From Yuukianura sp. NJ FZ-2021 (taxonomy: Eukaryota): a stretch of 64,000 nt of DNA. The notes below the pieces were generated by a model, which was not told the origin of the DNA, made no database searches, and saw nothing but the letters and a program-made list of their open reading frames with translations. The stretch is from positions 1,426,001-1,490,000 of the forward strand of contig CM102289.1 of assembly GCA_046563655.1 (NCBI GenBank). Direction: 5' to 3'. Positions within the stretch are counted from its first letter, which is position 1, and every line of letters starts with the position of its first letter. Made by a program: the position numbers and the translations under genes. Shown piece by piece: positions 1 to 12,245 of this stretch.

Positions 1-232
1 AAATTGTATTTCTACTTGCCAAATCCAATCTCCTGAGTCGTAAATCACAAAGTCCCAATGGGATTCCAATAACAAATTTTTACTGCTACAAAATTAACGC
101 TACAAAGTTATTAACTGCCGTCGAATTTCATCCTACTTAACGTCAAGTTAACTGTCGACTGAGGAAAATTGAATTCAAAACTGCAAATTCAATTCAAAAT
201 TTCAGAAAAAACTATTTACGACTTTTTTTTAG

Positions 233-3200
233 GATGATGATGATTCGTTGTCCGGTGGCTCCAACTCAGGTGACGAACATGTTTTAGCACCTTCCGCTGA
301 CATGCCGGACGAGCATCTTTCCAGAAAATGTTTACTGTGGGCATGCAAAGCTTGCAAACGCAAAAGTGTGCGAGTTGACCGAAGAAAACAAGCGACGCTG
401 CGAGAGCGAAGACGTCTGAGAAGAGTAAATTTGAAATTGCCTTTTTTCAAATTCTTCAAAATTTAAAAAAAAAAGTGTTTAAAACCGGTTTTTGAGTTTC
501 GGTCAACCTTTTTTGTTTTTGCTTTTGTTATCATGGGTATATGTGTCTGCACAAAAAAAATTCAGAATTTTTAAACTTAATAGACTAGAGTAAAATTCTA
601 CCAAAATTTAAGTTTAAGTCAAAACATTCCTCAACTAAAAAGTGTTCAAATTTTGAAACTTTTTTGAAAACGTCTTTGTAGGTAAATGAGGCTTTTGAGA
701 AGTTGAAACGCCGAACATGCAGTAATCCGGAACAGCGCCTTCCGAAAGTCGAAATTCTGCGAAGTGCAATCGAGTACATTGAAATTCTGGAGGAATTGCT
801 TCATGGCTCATCAAATTCTGGAAATTCTGGAAGTTTTTCTATGCATAGCAAAGACTACCTTCGTCACAGTTCAAGTGGCACACCAATTTCTAACGAGAAT
901 TCAATCATCCTGGTAAGTTTTTCAAAAATTTCAAAATTCCTAACTTTCTTTTTCAAAAACATAAACAAATTCTTTTCCAAGGCATGCTAAATCCCATATT
1001 TACAAATTCTTACAAAAAGCTAAAAGAGGCTTTTGGAAAAGGTTTCGGAGGTGACAGTTTTAAGTTCGTTTGAAAATAATGTCAAGCATTAAGAATTTAA
1101 AATTTGTGCCAAAATGGTTCAAGATCCAGAAAAAAGGAGCTCTTAAGAGAAGTTTATGATTTATGTTTGTAGTTTTTTTTTTCAAAAGAAGCGGTTGAGG
1201 ATCAAGAGGCTGTTTATAAATCCCGCGATCCCTAATTTTGGTTTACGGTTCCGCTGAAACGAATCTTGATCTGGATTTTGAGAGTGGGAGTTTCGAAAAG
1301 GAAAAAGAGAAGCGACGTCTCCTTCATCATTATTCCCATTTGATAACATTTAAAACCTCTCTCGAAAAAGTTCCAGATGCAAAGACACTTTTTTTTTGGC
1401 TTGCATGCTCCGAAGACTTAGAAACAGAAAAGATCTGTTTAGATTATTTAAATTTTCCCACTGTGTTCGAAATTCAAATAATTTCGCAAGGTAAAGATAC
1501 CGCTAATTTTAGAGTTTTTGGAAGTGATGCGTAGCAGAGCAAAGGAAAAATATGAAAATGGAATGGATCCAAAATATTATATTCGGAAACACTCTCATTC
1601 CAAATCAAAAGCTGAATAGACTTCATTTAGGAATAAAAAATTTTGAAAAAAAAGCATTAAAAATTTGCAGCGTGAAAAAATTCCTTATGAAAACTAAACA
1701 GAAAAGATGCCAAGCAAATTCACAAACTTTCCAAGTAACAAAATTCTAAAATTTTATGAATTTGTTATCGTTTTTGTTTTTAGTCTCACTTTTTCTTTTT
1801 TGGATATTCGCTGCTAATACTTCTCAAATTTTAAATACATATTGTTTCAAGTAGTTTGTGTTGCATTTTCTTAAAAAGTTTGAAAAGTTTGAAAAATGAA
1901 CTGAAATCGGGAAGAGCCAAAAAGAAATTTGTGAGTGTTGTAGATTTTTGAGTGCGTCGGTTTGAAAAAATGTGTTTTTCAAAATTTGTAAAAACCTGAG
2001 AATTTGAAACGTTTCTTTTTATAGCTTTAGTTAAATTGTAAGTGCCAGAATGTCTGTAGAGCAGAATGAATCTAGGAAAGACACAAGACATTTAGACATT
2101 TCTAAAAATTCAAAAAAAAAGTTTCAAAAAAAGAGTGACGCTTGAGTCTCCTCTTTTTTTCTTGTCTTTTTATTACGCCAGTCTCCCTTTTATTTTGAAT
2201 TTCTGAAAATCCTTGGTGCTTGCAGGCTCTGTTTTGGAATGGGAGCAATAGGAGATGCGATTGGGTTGATAATAAGTCTTTGTCATTTTGTACAAACAAC
2301 GTGCATTTAGGGAGTTGAGTGTTTGGGCGGAGGACACTGTGATATTTAAACTCCGAAAATGCCCGGATGGAGAAGTCAAAACAAGGCATGTTGACATGGA
2401 ATATAGGAAGAGCTCGGGTCACCACCAGCAGCCTCCGCATTCAAACCCACTCGCATTTCCTCCCTCGTACATCTTAAGGATTAAGTACTTTTCTCAATAG
2501 GCTCCCTAAAGTTATAAAATTAGGAAACAACTCCTCGTATTACTCTCACTTTTAGTCAAATGAAACAAAAAAAAAGTTTCAAAAAACGGCAGAAATTTGT
2601 CTGTTGTTTAAATTTCGTGACTAACGTTTGACTTTTTGAGTAAAAAGAGATTTAAGAGAGAATGCAATTTGTCGAGTTTTTTTAAACTCGAAAAATTTGC
2701 AAAGAAAAAAACAGATTTAAAAACAGATTGTAAAACAGAACAATAAACACAAATTTTTGGTGAATTTGAAAGAATGTCTGAAAAAAGAGAAAGAAATCTT
2801 TCCGAAAACGAAAGAAAAAGGAAAGCTTAAAAAAATTCACACCAAATACAGATTCAAAAAAAAATTTAACCTTTTTTTTGAAAAGAGCGAGTTTTGAAAT
2901 TTGGTATACATTTCCGGTTGAGAAAGTTTAGAGTTGCATCTGTACTTGGGTGTTCTCTACTTTGTCGCAACAATTTGTCTCAAATTTTCTTATTTATTGT
3001 TTTTATTATTTTTAATATATTATTACAACTAAGTTGAGTCTTTCGTCAGTTAGTTCTCAGATGACAAATTAAGTGTTAAGTGACTTGTGTTTCATTTGAA
3101 CTTAGAGTCCTGCCTACTACAACGACTGTTTTTCACATCCCTCTGAAGGATCATCTCTCTTCAACCCCATCCATCTTGAGTCACTCCACATCTCTTCAAA

Positions 3201-3537
3201 TGGTGAGTGTACTTTCCAAAATGCGTTTTTAAAAAAACTCACTTTTTAGAAAAAGGTAATTATTGTTGAATTCTAGTCACTTCAAGAGTTTACCCCAGAG
3301 TTGGTGAAATGAAAGGATGTTGATGAAAGATTCTTTGTACACAAAAAAACCGTTTTTTGAAAACTTAATTTTACGTTTTTTTTTTTAGAATTGCCGGACA
3401 ACAAGAATATTTCAAACGCGTCAAGTTTAGATCGGTTGAGCCTAATAGTTGACAGCATCAGTCGAGAGGGAAGTACTGACGAACAATCAGCAGCGCTAAC
3501 AAGATCTCAGCACAGTCGACGCATGATGCATCATTAA
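233..3537 (+). CDS. nau: MyoD-family myogenic bHLH factor (nautilus), 5' end upstream of the window; exons ~233-424, 682-912, 3106-3202, 3389-3537
   Basis: Spliced translation gives EHVLAP...[12 protein letters not shown]...[56 protein letters not shown] (His/Cys-rich region plus bHLH). The last exon has [13 protein letters not shown] (MRF helix III). Introns are GT-AG with consistent phases. Confidence 0.95.
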
Positions 3538-3664
3538 AATAAATTTCTAAATTATATTTCAAAAAAGAAAACATTCAGATCGGCTCATGGTCTACAAATG
3601 TACCAAAAATTTTACAACTAAATAGTAAAAGTACTTTACTTTTTCCGTTACTTACTTGGAGAAA

Positions 3665-3715
3665 TTAGCAGACTGACTGCCTAACTTCGCTGCTGCTTCC
3701 AAATCAACCTATTAA
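3665..3715 (-). pseudogene. ~50-bp duplicated fragment of the TTC36 last exon and its acceptor
   Basis: ttagcagactgactgcctaacttcgctgctgcttccaaatcaacctattaa aligns with 37194-37244 (ttagcaaattgactgcctaacttcgctgctgcctcaaaatcaacctattaa). Confidence 0.8.
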
Positions 3716-4120
3716 CGCTTTTCAGCAATCTCAAGTGTTCACGTTTTCAACTTTTGCCAATTTTTCAGGAAAATTCTTACATTTGTATATACAAAAAAAA
3801 AGTTTTAAATAGCGTCGAATGATTATGCTTTTAAATACATTAACTTGCAGAACTTAAGCTATTTTTTTCTGATCTGATATTTTATTTATAAAGTTTAAAG
3901 TTTATAAATACTTATTTTGTTGGACAAAAATTTAATTTTTTCAAGTGCTTTTAAACACGCCTTTACCAAAAAATAGATTCGTCAAATCAAGCAGCACAAC
4001 AACACAACTCCAGGCTCAAAATTTAGTCACGCGTTCTGTTGTGGTATACTTTGGAAAATATCTTCAAAATACTAAAAGTACAACGTACTAAAACATTTGC
4101 TTATTGTTTCCTCAGTTACC

Positions 4121-6279
4121 ATGTATACCATACTATATTGTTGCTTAGTTTTATACACAGCTGTTAGTGAGTTAGTTATCAGTGAAGCATCACATATAGA
4201 CTTGAATCCATGGTTCAGTCCATTTGCTACAGAGTGCAACATTTACATAATCAACTTGAACGCAACAAATTTTGAACCACTTGAATTCCCCATCATTACG
4301 CAAAATTTGGTTTATAAAGTAGGAGTAGATTTTAGTAATACCTACATAAATCAAACCGGTTTCTACAATACGTTACTGCCGCATGAGAAAAAAATAGAAC
4401 CAGAAATATATTCAAAATTAAAATGTTATAATTACATTTTTCTAATTACATCATTTGGCACAACGCAACTGTCAGAGGACCAGCCCTTTCCGTTCCCAAC
4501 TAACCTACCATTCTGGTCCAGACTTTGGCGCAGAAACATGATGCTCATAGACGACTATAACTTTGCATTTAAAGAATTTGTGCTGGACAGATCCGCAATC
4601 CTGTCTTTAGTTGCTCCATACAATCCGAATATGATAGAAAATTGGCGTTTGCGGACCAGGCATTCACCTACCTATGACTATGTTGGAGTAGCTAAATTGG
4701 TAGTCTACGACCTACAAAAGGTCAAGAGATCAAACACCTACATAATCAGAGGAAGTGCGATAATTTGCACGGACTGTACTGAATGCAAATTCATGTTGCA
4801 ACCATTTCGTTATTCTCGAAACCTATCAAAAATTAAGGCACAGTGGGGACCGGTAGATCCAAAGCTCAAGTGGCACGTTGACCCCAAAATGCCACACAAT
4901 TTAAATTTTGCGCCTTACAAATACCAACTTGGCACTTGGGAACACATTGTGCTCAGGGCGATTACTAACAAGAGCATTGTTTGGACTGACCAACCGTGGT
5001 GTCCTGGCCAAAGAGGGCATCGTCCATCCGTTGAGTTTGGTTCAACATGTTACTCCCTCTTCCAAACTCATTACATCAAATTTCAATTTTTAACTTGTGA
5101 TGGATTTTTGGAAGAAGTTTCAGATTTCAACAGTTTGATTTCTGCATTTGATTTAAAAAGTTGGGCCATTTTGGGTGTGGCTATTTTTGCTATGGGCATA
5201 ACGGCTAATGTTGTGTTAAAAGTAAAAGGTAATAAATGTGATGGATTTGTAACAGTGTACTCTGCACTGCTGGAACACAGTTGGGATTCTGCAACTAATC
5301 CTCATGGGTTAAGTGCCATGTACTGGGTATCTAGCAGTATGTTGCTAACTTTAATTGTGGTTACCAATGGTTACAAAAGTTTCTTTACCGCTGACATAAC
5401 TTCACCAAGAAATCCGGAACTTATAACTCACTTTGGTCAAGTGATGGATAAAAACTTGACTATTTATGTCCGACCAGGTACTAGTGATATATCTGACTTC
5501 AAGTCAGACGCGCATAAAGCATATGTGAAAGTGTTGGAAGAAATGTATAACAAGCAAGACGAAAAAAGAGAAAAGCGAGGGCGAAAGAAAGTGGACCGGA
5601 TGAAAACAATAGATGAAAGGAGCTACCACTACCCCCTGTCAAGCTGTCCTGATTTTTACTTCCAATTTGTAGCTCCTCTACTAACAGGTTTTGGTATTCC
5701 TGTGTCAAACTGGAGAAAATTTGTTAGAGATAGCAACACCACTGTGATTCCAGCAACACTAAAACTAGTAGTACCAAAGTTGTTTGTGCCATGGGATGAA
5801 TTTGAATCTAAAAACATAAGTGATGATGACCCACTGACGCCATTGGTCAAAGACTGTAAAACGGCCTACGCTGATTGGTCGGATATAATCGACCACCAGT
5901 ATAGACTTTGGAAGATCTCAGGAGATAAGGTAGTGAAAGTCTTGCAAAAGGAACAGATAGTCTGGGTAACATAACTTATGGATGGCAATTTACTTTTGTG
6001 ACGGATCCTAATATACGGCCAAGATTGAAGTACATGGAACAGGCGGGAGTAATTGAATTTTGGAAAAATTTAGATGTAAATTTAAAATTTTTGAAAGAGT
6101 TACGACAACTTGAAGTTGCCAAATCTACTATAAAAGTGCTCGATCTGTATGATAAAATCAGAGTAGCCTTTTTTGTGTTTTTGAGTTTATTGCCACTACC
6201 ATTATTAGTTTTTGTTGTTGAGTACATTGTTGCCAATTTCCAGCGAATTTGTTGTACTAAGGTGCTCTGTGTTTTTTAA
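4121..6279 (+). pseudogene. Divergent intronless ionotropic receptor (IR/iGluR-like), frameshifted near 5930-5972
   Basis: Signal-like N-terminus, M1 (SAFDLKSWAILGVAIF), pore-like VYSALLEH, M3-like IVVTNGYKSFFTADITSP. The S2 end and M4 (YMEQAGVIEFW...AFFVFLSLLPLPLLVFVVE) lie in a different frame that is open from 5929. Confidence 0.7.
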
Positions 6280-6970
6280 GTAGTTGCTCTAGTATACACT
6301 GCTTTTTTATGTATAAAAATAGTTTTTCGGACTTTATGTCGTGAGAATATTTTTTATGCAAAAGCGAATGAAACGAGACTTTCATGTTGAAAAAACTAAT
6401 TTGTTTAGAAGTTAAATTAAAACCACACGATATTTCTATGGGACGTGGTCCGCTAGCTTGGGCATCAAATATATAAAGCCTTAGTTAAACTTTAATGTAG
6501 TCAGGTTCTGAAAAACTTGAAATTCCGAACGAAATTCTTGTTTTAGCAAAATTTAATTTTCCAAGTCATGAACGTTTAGCTGATTTTGGTCCTATTTTTT
6601 GCGAGTCAGTTTCCTCTTTGTCGTTTGACTCCTACTTACTAATTGTATCCAAATAAATTCCGAAATTTGCACTTTTCAAAAACATATAACATTTCGTACT
6701 GTCATCATACCCAACCATGCCAATGTTACTATTGCGAATTGTGAGATACACTGTGTTTTGTCCAGGGCTACACATGTGTTTTTACACAATTGAATCGAAT
6801 TCGAATCTTCGAATCTCGAAGTTTTCGAATCTACAGCTACATTCTGTTACACTACAGACTACACACAAGCACACTACACAATTTCCGTTGTTGAAAACTT
6901 ATGCACATCGGCTATCGATTTGAGAGTATTGTAGTACATTCTGCTTGTGTGTTGCGTTACGTTGCTGCAG

Positions 6971-8390
6971 TTATCGCGACTCGGACTCTTCAGAACTTTG
7001 AAATTGCACCAGCACCACGTTGTAAGTAACAACAGCGCTCAAAATCTAACAAATTCAAACACAAAAATTTAAAAAGTGTATGTTTTTTTGTTTTACTTTT
7101 TTGGCTTTGTTTTCTTACCGATGTCAGCAATGTTCGATTGATTTTGAAATAGCCAAATGCGGTTAGCTCAAATTTTGCAACGGCTGTCAACTGTTTCAGG
7201 TACGCCAAACTTTCTTGATCTGATACAGTCATTGGCGGTATCATTGAAGCACTCTTAAAAAGTAAATTGCTCTGAAAACAAGAAAAAGTAAAATTTAGTC
7301 AAAGATTTTACGACAAATTTTCATTTTATAACAAATTTAACAAAAAAGTGTTTTACATTTTTATAACAATTGCAAGTAAAGTTGGTTACCTTTGACGCAA
7401 GTCGTTCTCCGCAGTTAGTGAGCCACACCAGTTGCAAAATTATTGCAGCTATGCATGTAAAATTAATCAAAAGCAAAATAGGCAGCGCATTCAGAATGAG
7501 ATTCATTGTAGTACACACATGGAAAGTAGTCACAGTAAGCACAAAGGACGTGAAACAAAGCTCAATTACGAAAAATACTTGAGCTACATTTGCAAATTTT
7601 TCAAAAATTTCGTGCAGTTGGATTATTTCGGCTGCCACAAAATTGAAATCCGGTTGCGAAAACTTCTTACACCAAATTCCGGTTTTCAAATTTTTCAAAA
7701 TTTCACTCACTCGATGTTCCACATTCAACAAGTCTTGAATTTTGGTCAGACGTTGCTCTAATATTAGCGTTATGACCGAAATGAGTACAATGACAAAAAT
7801 ACTTGGACTTACTACTGAAATCCTAAAAAGTACAAAAATGGGGTTCAAAATTTTGAACGGAATGTGCACTCCATAAATTTCATAATTTGGAAAATTTAGT
7901 TCAAAACCTCCGATCCGTGCGAGTACATAAACTGACTCTAGTATAAAACCAACTGCAACAAGTAAAACAGGAAAAATTACGGTAACGAGTTCTTTTGCTA
8001 TAAAATTGCACCGAAGTTTGCTGTTTTTGATGTACTTGTCAATTGCACTAAACATTTGAATTGTACTGGGCAAAAAGTAAATGTAAGCAAAGTAGGTGAT
8101 ACTTACATAGGTCAAATTGGTCCAAAACAATATTTGAATAAGTTTAACATTTAGTTTGGAAATGAAATGGAGGGCATCAATTGTTTCATTGATGGCAGCA
8201 ATGTCAAATGGGACTATGAGTGGTGCAAATGAAATGGAAAAACTGAATACAAGGATTGTGCAAATTCCATTCACACTTTTCCAACTTAATTTGTAAATTG
8301 ACTTCCTAATGTCCAGTGGAAAAGGCCTATAAAAGCACCAAAATATACAGCAAATTTGAGCAAAGTGGAGTCAGAAACAGTGAAGCCCAT
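6971..8390 (-). pseudogene. Gustatory receptor copy A (exons 8390-7390, 7271-7119, 7045-6971) with a 4-nt deletion near 8315
   Basis: Multi-TM protein with FELTAFGYFKINR and the TM7 motif TYNVVLVQF. It has 6 nt between ATGTC and AAAAGG where the three paralogs have 10 nt, which breaks the frame shortly after the ATG. Confidence 0.8.
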
Positions 8391-9220
8391 TTTACACAAA
8401 AAGTGTAAGAAAAATTAGTTTAATTTGAGTCTAAATTTCGAAATTTTGTGACAATGCAAAACCTAAAAGCAAATTGAATTTTTCTCCACGTTGTGGGTAT
8501 ATTATATATTACAAATTTCCTTTAGTACTTGAGTTCACACTTACTCTGCGATATGACAATTAAGGTAAAAGTAAATCATCAAAATGTCAAATGTTGTAAA
8601 ATTTAAAGAAAAAAGTTGCAACAATGGGTATACGCCTTGTTTGCACAAAAACCAACACTTCAGTCAAACTTGCCGATTTACAATTTTACGTTTACGTTGG
8701 TTTTCAAAATTCCTTTTGTATTTTGGAAACCTTACTTTTCAATCTTTATTCAATTTAGAAACAATTTGGGTGCTCAGTCAATAATACTAAAATTGTTTGT
8801 CTTTCTATAAATTTTGAAAACAAATTTTCGAATTTCAGTAAATGTGAATTGGTTTATTCATTTTGTGGAAATTTCCTTTTGAAATTACTTTTAAGACAAA
8901 TATTACTTTTAGAAACTCTTTTAAATGTTTGCCCACCACTTGTCTGCTGTTCAGTGAACGGAGTACTTTGGAAACTTCCTTTTCAAAATTTCTTGCATAC
9001 AGAATTCTTTTGTAAAATTCATAGCTACAAATTGTATGTTGCTATAGTTTCAGGCAAGAGACGTCCAACTAAATTAATTTTCTACAGACCTCCGCTTCAC
9101 CAACCACAGTCCGTCTCCATATAACTTTAAGCAAGACTACTTTACGGTTTTACGTTATCTGTCTGTACTTTTTTCTGTTTTCTGCTCTTTTTTCTTTTTA
9201 ACATTTTTTATTTATTTTTT

Positions 9221-9272
9221 AGAATTGCCGAACAACAAAAATATTTCAAACCCTTCATGTTTAGATCGTTTG
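9221..9272 (+). pseudogene. Duplicated fragment of the MyoD last exon with its acceptor
   Basis: ag|aattgccgaacaacaaaaatatttcaaacccttcatgtttagatcgtttg versus 3387 ag|aattgccggacaacaagaatatttcaaacgcgtcaagtttagatcggttg. Confidence 0.8.
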
Positions 9273-9371
9273 CTTAAAATGTATGCGCATAGACGATTTG
9301 TTTGAGGTATTGTATTTATATATAAATTTATATAAATTTATCTGTATGAGTTGTGTTGCATGCTGCTGCAG

Positions 9372-10752
9372 TTACCGCAATTCGGACTCAGAACTCAGAA
9401 ACTGCACCAGGACCACGTTGTAAGTAACAACAGCGCTCAAAATCTGACAAATTAGAAAACATAAGTTAAGGAATGTATTTTTTTACCTTTGTGTTATATC
9501 CCTTTTGCTTACCGATGTCAGTAATGTTCGATTGATTTTGAAATAGCCAAATGCAGTTAGTTCAAATTTTGCAACTTTTCTTAACTGTTTCAAATATGCC
9601 AAACTCTCTTCGTCGTAGACCGTCATTGGCGGTATCAATAAAGCACTTTTGAACAGTAAATTGCTCTAAAATGAAGATCAAAATTTAATCAAACACATTG
9701 CCAAAACTTTTATAGTTTGTTAGTTAAACGTAGAATTTTGTTACCTTTGATGCAAGTCGTTCTCCACAGTTTGTGAGCCACACAAGTTTCAAAATTAGGG
9801 CACTCATGCTTGAAAAATTAAGCAAAAGGAAAATAGGCAATTCATTGAAAATACGATTGGCAGTGCTGCACACATGGAAAGTGCTTACGGTAAACAGAAA
9901 AGACGTGAAACAAAGTTCAATTACTAAAAATACTTGAACTCCAATTGCAAATTTTTCAAAAATTTTATGCAGTTGGATTATCTCGGCTGCCACAAAATTT
10001 ATATCCGTTGTCAAAAACCTTTTGTGCCACATTCCTGCGTTCAAATCTTTGCAAATTTCATTCACACCATGTTCTACATTCAACAACTCTTGAATTTTAG
10101 TCAGCCGTTGCTCTAATATTAGCGTTATAACAGAAATGAGTACAATGACAAAAATACTTGGACTTACTGCGAAAACAATAACTATTACAACTATTGTGTT
10201 TAAAATTTTGAACGGAATGTGTAACCCATAAATTTTATGATTTGGAAATTGCGTTTCAAAAGCTATTGTCCGTACAAGTATATAAAGTGACTCAAGTATA
10301 AAATTTCCAACAAAAAGAAGCAAAACTGGAAATATTGCTGAAACGAGTTCTTTTGATGTAAAATTGCATGAAAGTTTGCTGTTTTTGATGTACTTCTCAA
10401 TTGCACTAAACATTTGAATTGTTCTGGGCAAGAAATAGATGTAGGCAAAATGTGTGCTACTTATTGAAATCAGATTCGTCCAAAACATTACTCGAATAAG
10501 GAGTCCTTGCAAATCTGAATTTAATTTTGCTGCATCAATTTCTGCATTGATGGTGTCAAAGTCAAATGGGACTGTGAATGGTGCACAACAAATGAAAAAA
10601 CTGAATACAAAAATTGTGCAAATTCCGTTCAAACTAGTCCAACTTAATTCGTAAATTGACTTCCTAATGTTTTTGACAGGGCAAAGGCCTATACAAGCAC
10701 CAAAATAAGCAACAATTTTTAGCAAAGTAGACTCGGAAATACTGAAGCCCAT
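9372..10752 (-). CDS. Gustatory receptor copy B (exons 10752-9745, 9665-9513, 9443-9372)
   Basis: Intact multi-TM ORF, 153-nt exon 2, C-terminus ILSAVVTYNVVLVQF (Gr TYhhhhhQF motif). Confidence 0.88.
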
Positions 10753-11310
10753 TTTACACAAAATACAAAGCGTTAAAAAATTATTCCTTTAGATTCGATT
10801 GTAAACTATTCCGAAATTTCATGACAATGCAAAACCAAAAAGCAAATTAAATTTTCTTTCCAACTTTTCTGTATTTTATATATTATAGATTTTTTTAGCA
10901 CATGAGTTCGCACATACCCGTGTTAATATTAAAATTACGGTAAAAGGAAAACATCAAATGTTCAAATGTTTGTGAAATTTTGGGGAAAAAAAGTTATAAC
11001 AATGGACTTTTGCCGTTTTTGTGCCAAAAACCAACACTCAAGTTAAATACTATCTCAATTTGCAATTTCACTTTCCGCTTTCATGAAACTTGTTTTTCGT
11101 ATTCTTGAATGTTGGACACAATAGCATCTTCAATCAATAATATAAAAACAGTGTTTGACGGTCCATAAATTTTGAAAACAACTTTTCGAAATTCAATAAA
11201 AAGTGAATTAATTAATTCATCGCTTACAATTTATGAAAATTGCTTTTAATACAAATTTGAATATTAGAAATACTTTTAATATATGCTGCATCTTCATTCG
11301 TTATCTGATA

Positions 11311-11455
11311 TACATTGTTAGCGTTTCATTTCATTTCATTTTAATAACATGAAACGCGTACAATGGAAATTTCCTTTTCAAAATGTCGTGTGTACAGAAT
11401 TATTTTTGAGATTTAAAGCATCAAAAGTAGCGAAAACCACTTCATGCATTTACGA

Positions 11456-11488
<33 letters not shown>

Positions 11489-11756
11489 GGCAGGCGTTGG
11501 CAGGCACCGCTGAAATATAAACAAAATTTCCTTAGCTTAAGAATTGTTCAGATTGACTATTCGTTGCTTCGGCATTCATACAGCAACTACTTGTGACTGG
11601 GGTGACGCTGTTGCAGTTGTGGCGACTCCAGCTTCTCAGCATTTCGAAATTGCATCAGCACCACGTTTAACAATTGCGCTTAAAATTTAGTAAATTTAAA
11701 AATACAAAATTTCAGTAGTGTATATGGTTGTCGTTCTGCCTTTGTTTTGGTTTTGG
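11311..11756 (-). pseudogene. Gr 3'-end remnant (degenerate last exon plus 3' flank); direct repeat of ~17460-17760
   Basis: Aligns to the Gr copy C last exon, intron and downstream flank. It has a small deletion in the TY codons, a mutated acceptor and an expanded (GTCT)n tract. Confidence 0.8.
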
Positions 11757-12245
11757 TGAGATTTCATATCAGTTACATTTCAATTTTGGAAATTTCAAAC
11801 ATGTTTTAAGTCTTTTCGGACTAAATTCCAGTGTCGTTAAAGATATTGAATCTTGATTTTTTAACTTAAGTTTAACCAAACCTACTTTAATGCAATGAAC
11901 TGATTGTGAAACTTAACGAGTTTCTGTGGGGAATACTAAAAGCTGAAACTAAAAGGTGTCAAAGTATATTTGTTGCACTTTATAACGCCCTAGCTTCCTC
12001 GTTAGTTTGACGTTTTTTCAAACTATTTTTCAAAATAATCAGTAGGAGTAGCATAATTAATTACGTCACCTTAGTTTAACGAAGTAGAATTTGATTTGAC
12101 ACGTAAAATCTTTAACTTTTTAAAATGAAAAAGACGGTTTTCGTATGCGAAGCATTTTCCAGTCAAACTTTAAGTGTGTGTGTGTGTGTGTTAAATAAAC
12201 CAACAAAATTTTTATTCAAAATTTAAAACTGGGCAAAAGCTTCAA

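Noticed and set aside
1238..2500. Short ORFs and a GC-richer patch inside the large MyoD intron
   Set aside because: No recognisable domain and no consistent splice chain. It could be regulatory, but I cannot support that.
6790..6832. Clustered TTCGAA/GAA motifs resembling a heat-shock element
   Set aside because: The spacing does not give three properly alternating nGAAn units, and it lies 3' of convergent genes; probably a short degenerate repeat.
11457..12191. (GTCT)n and (GT)n tracts
   Set aside because: Ordinary microsatellites.
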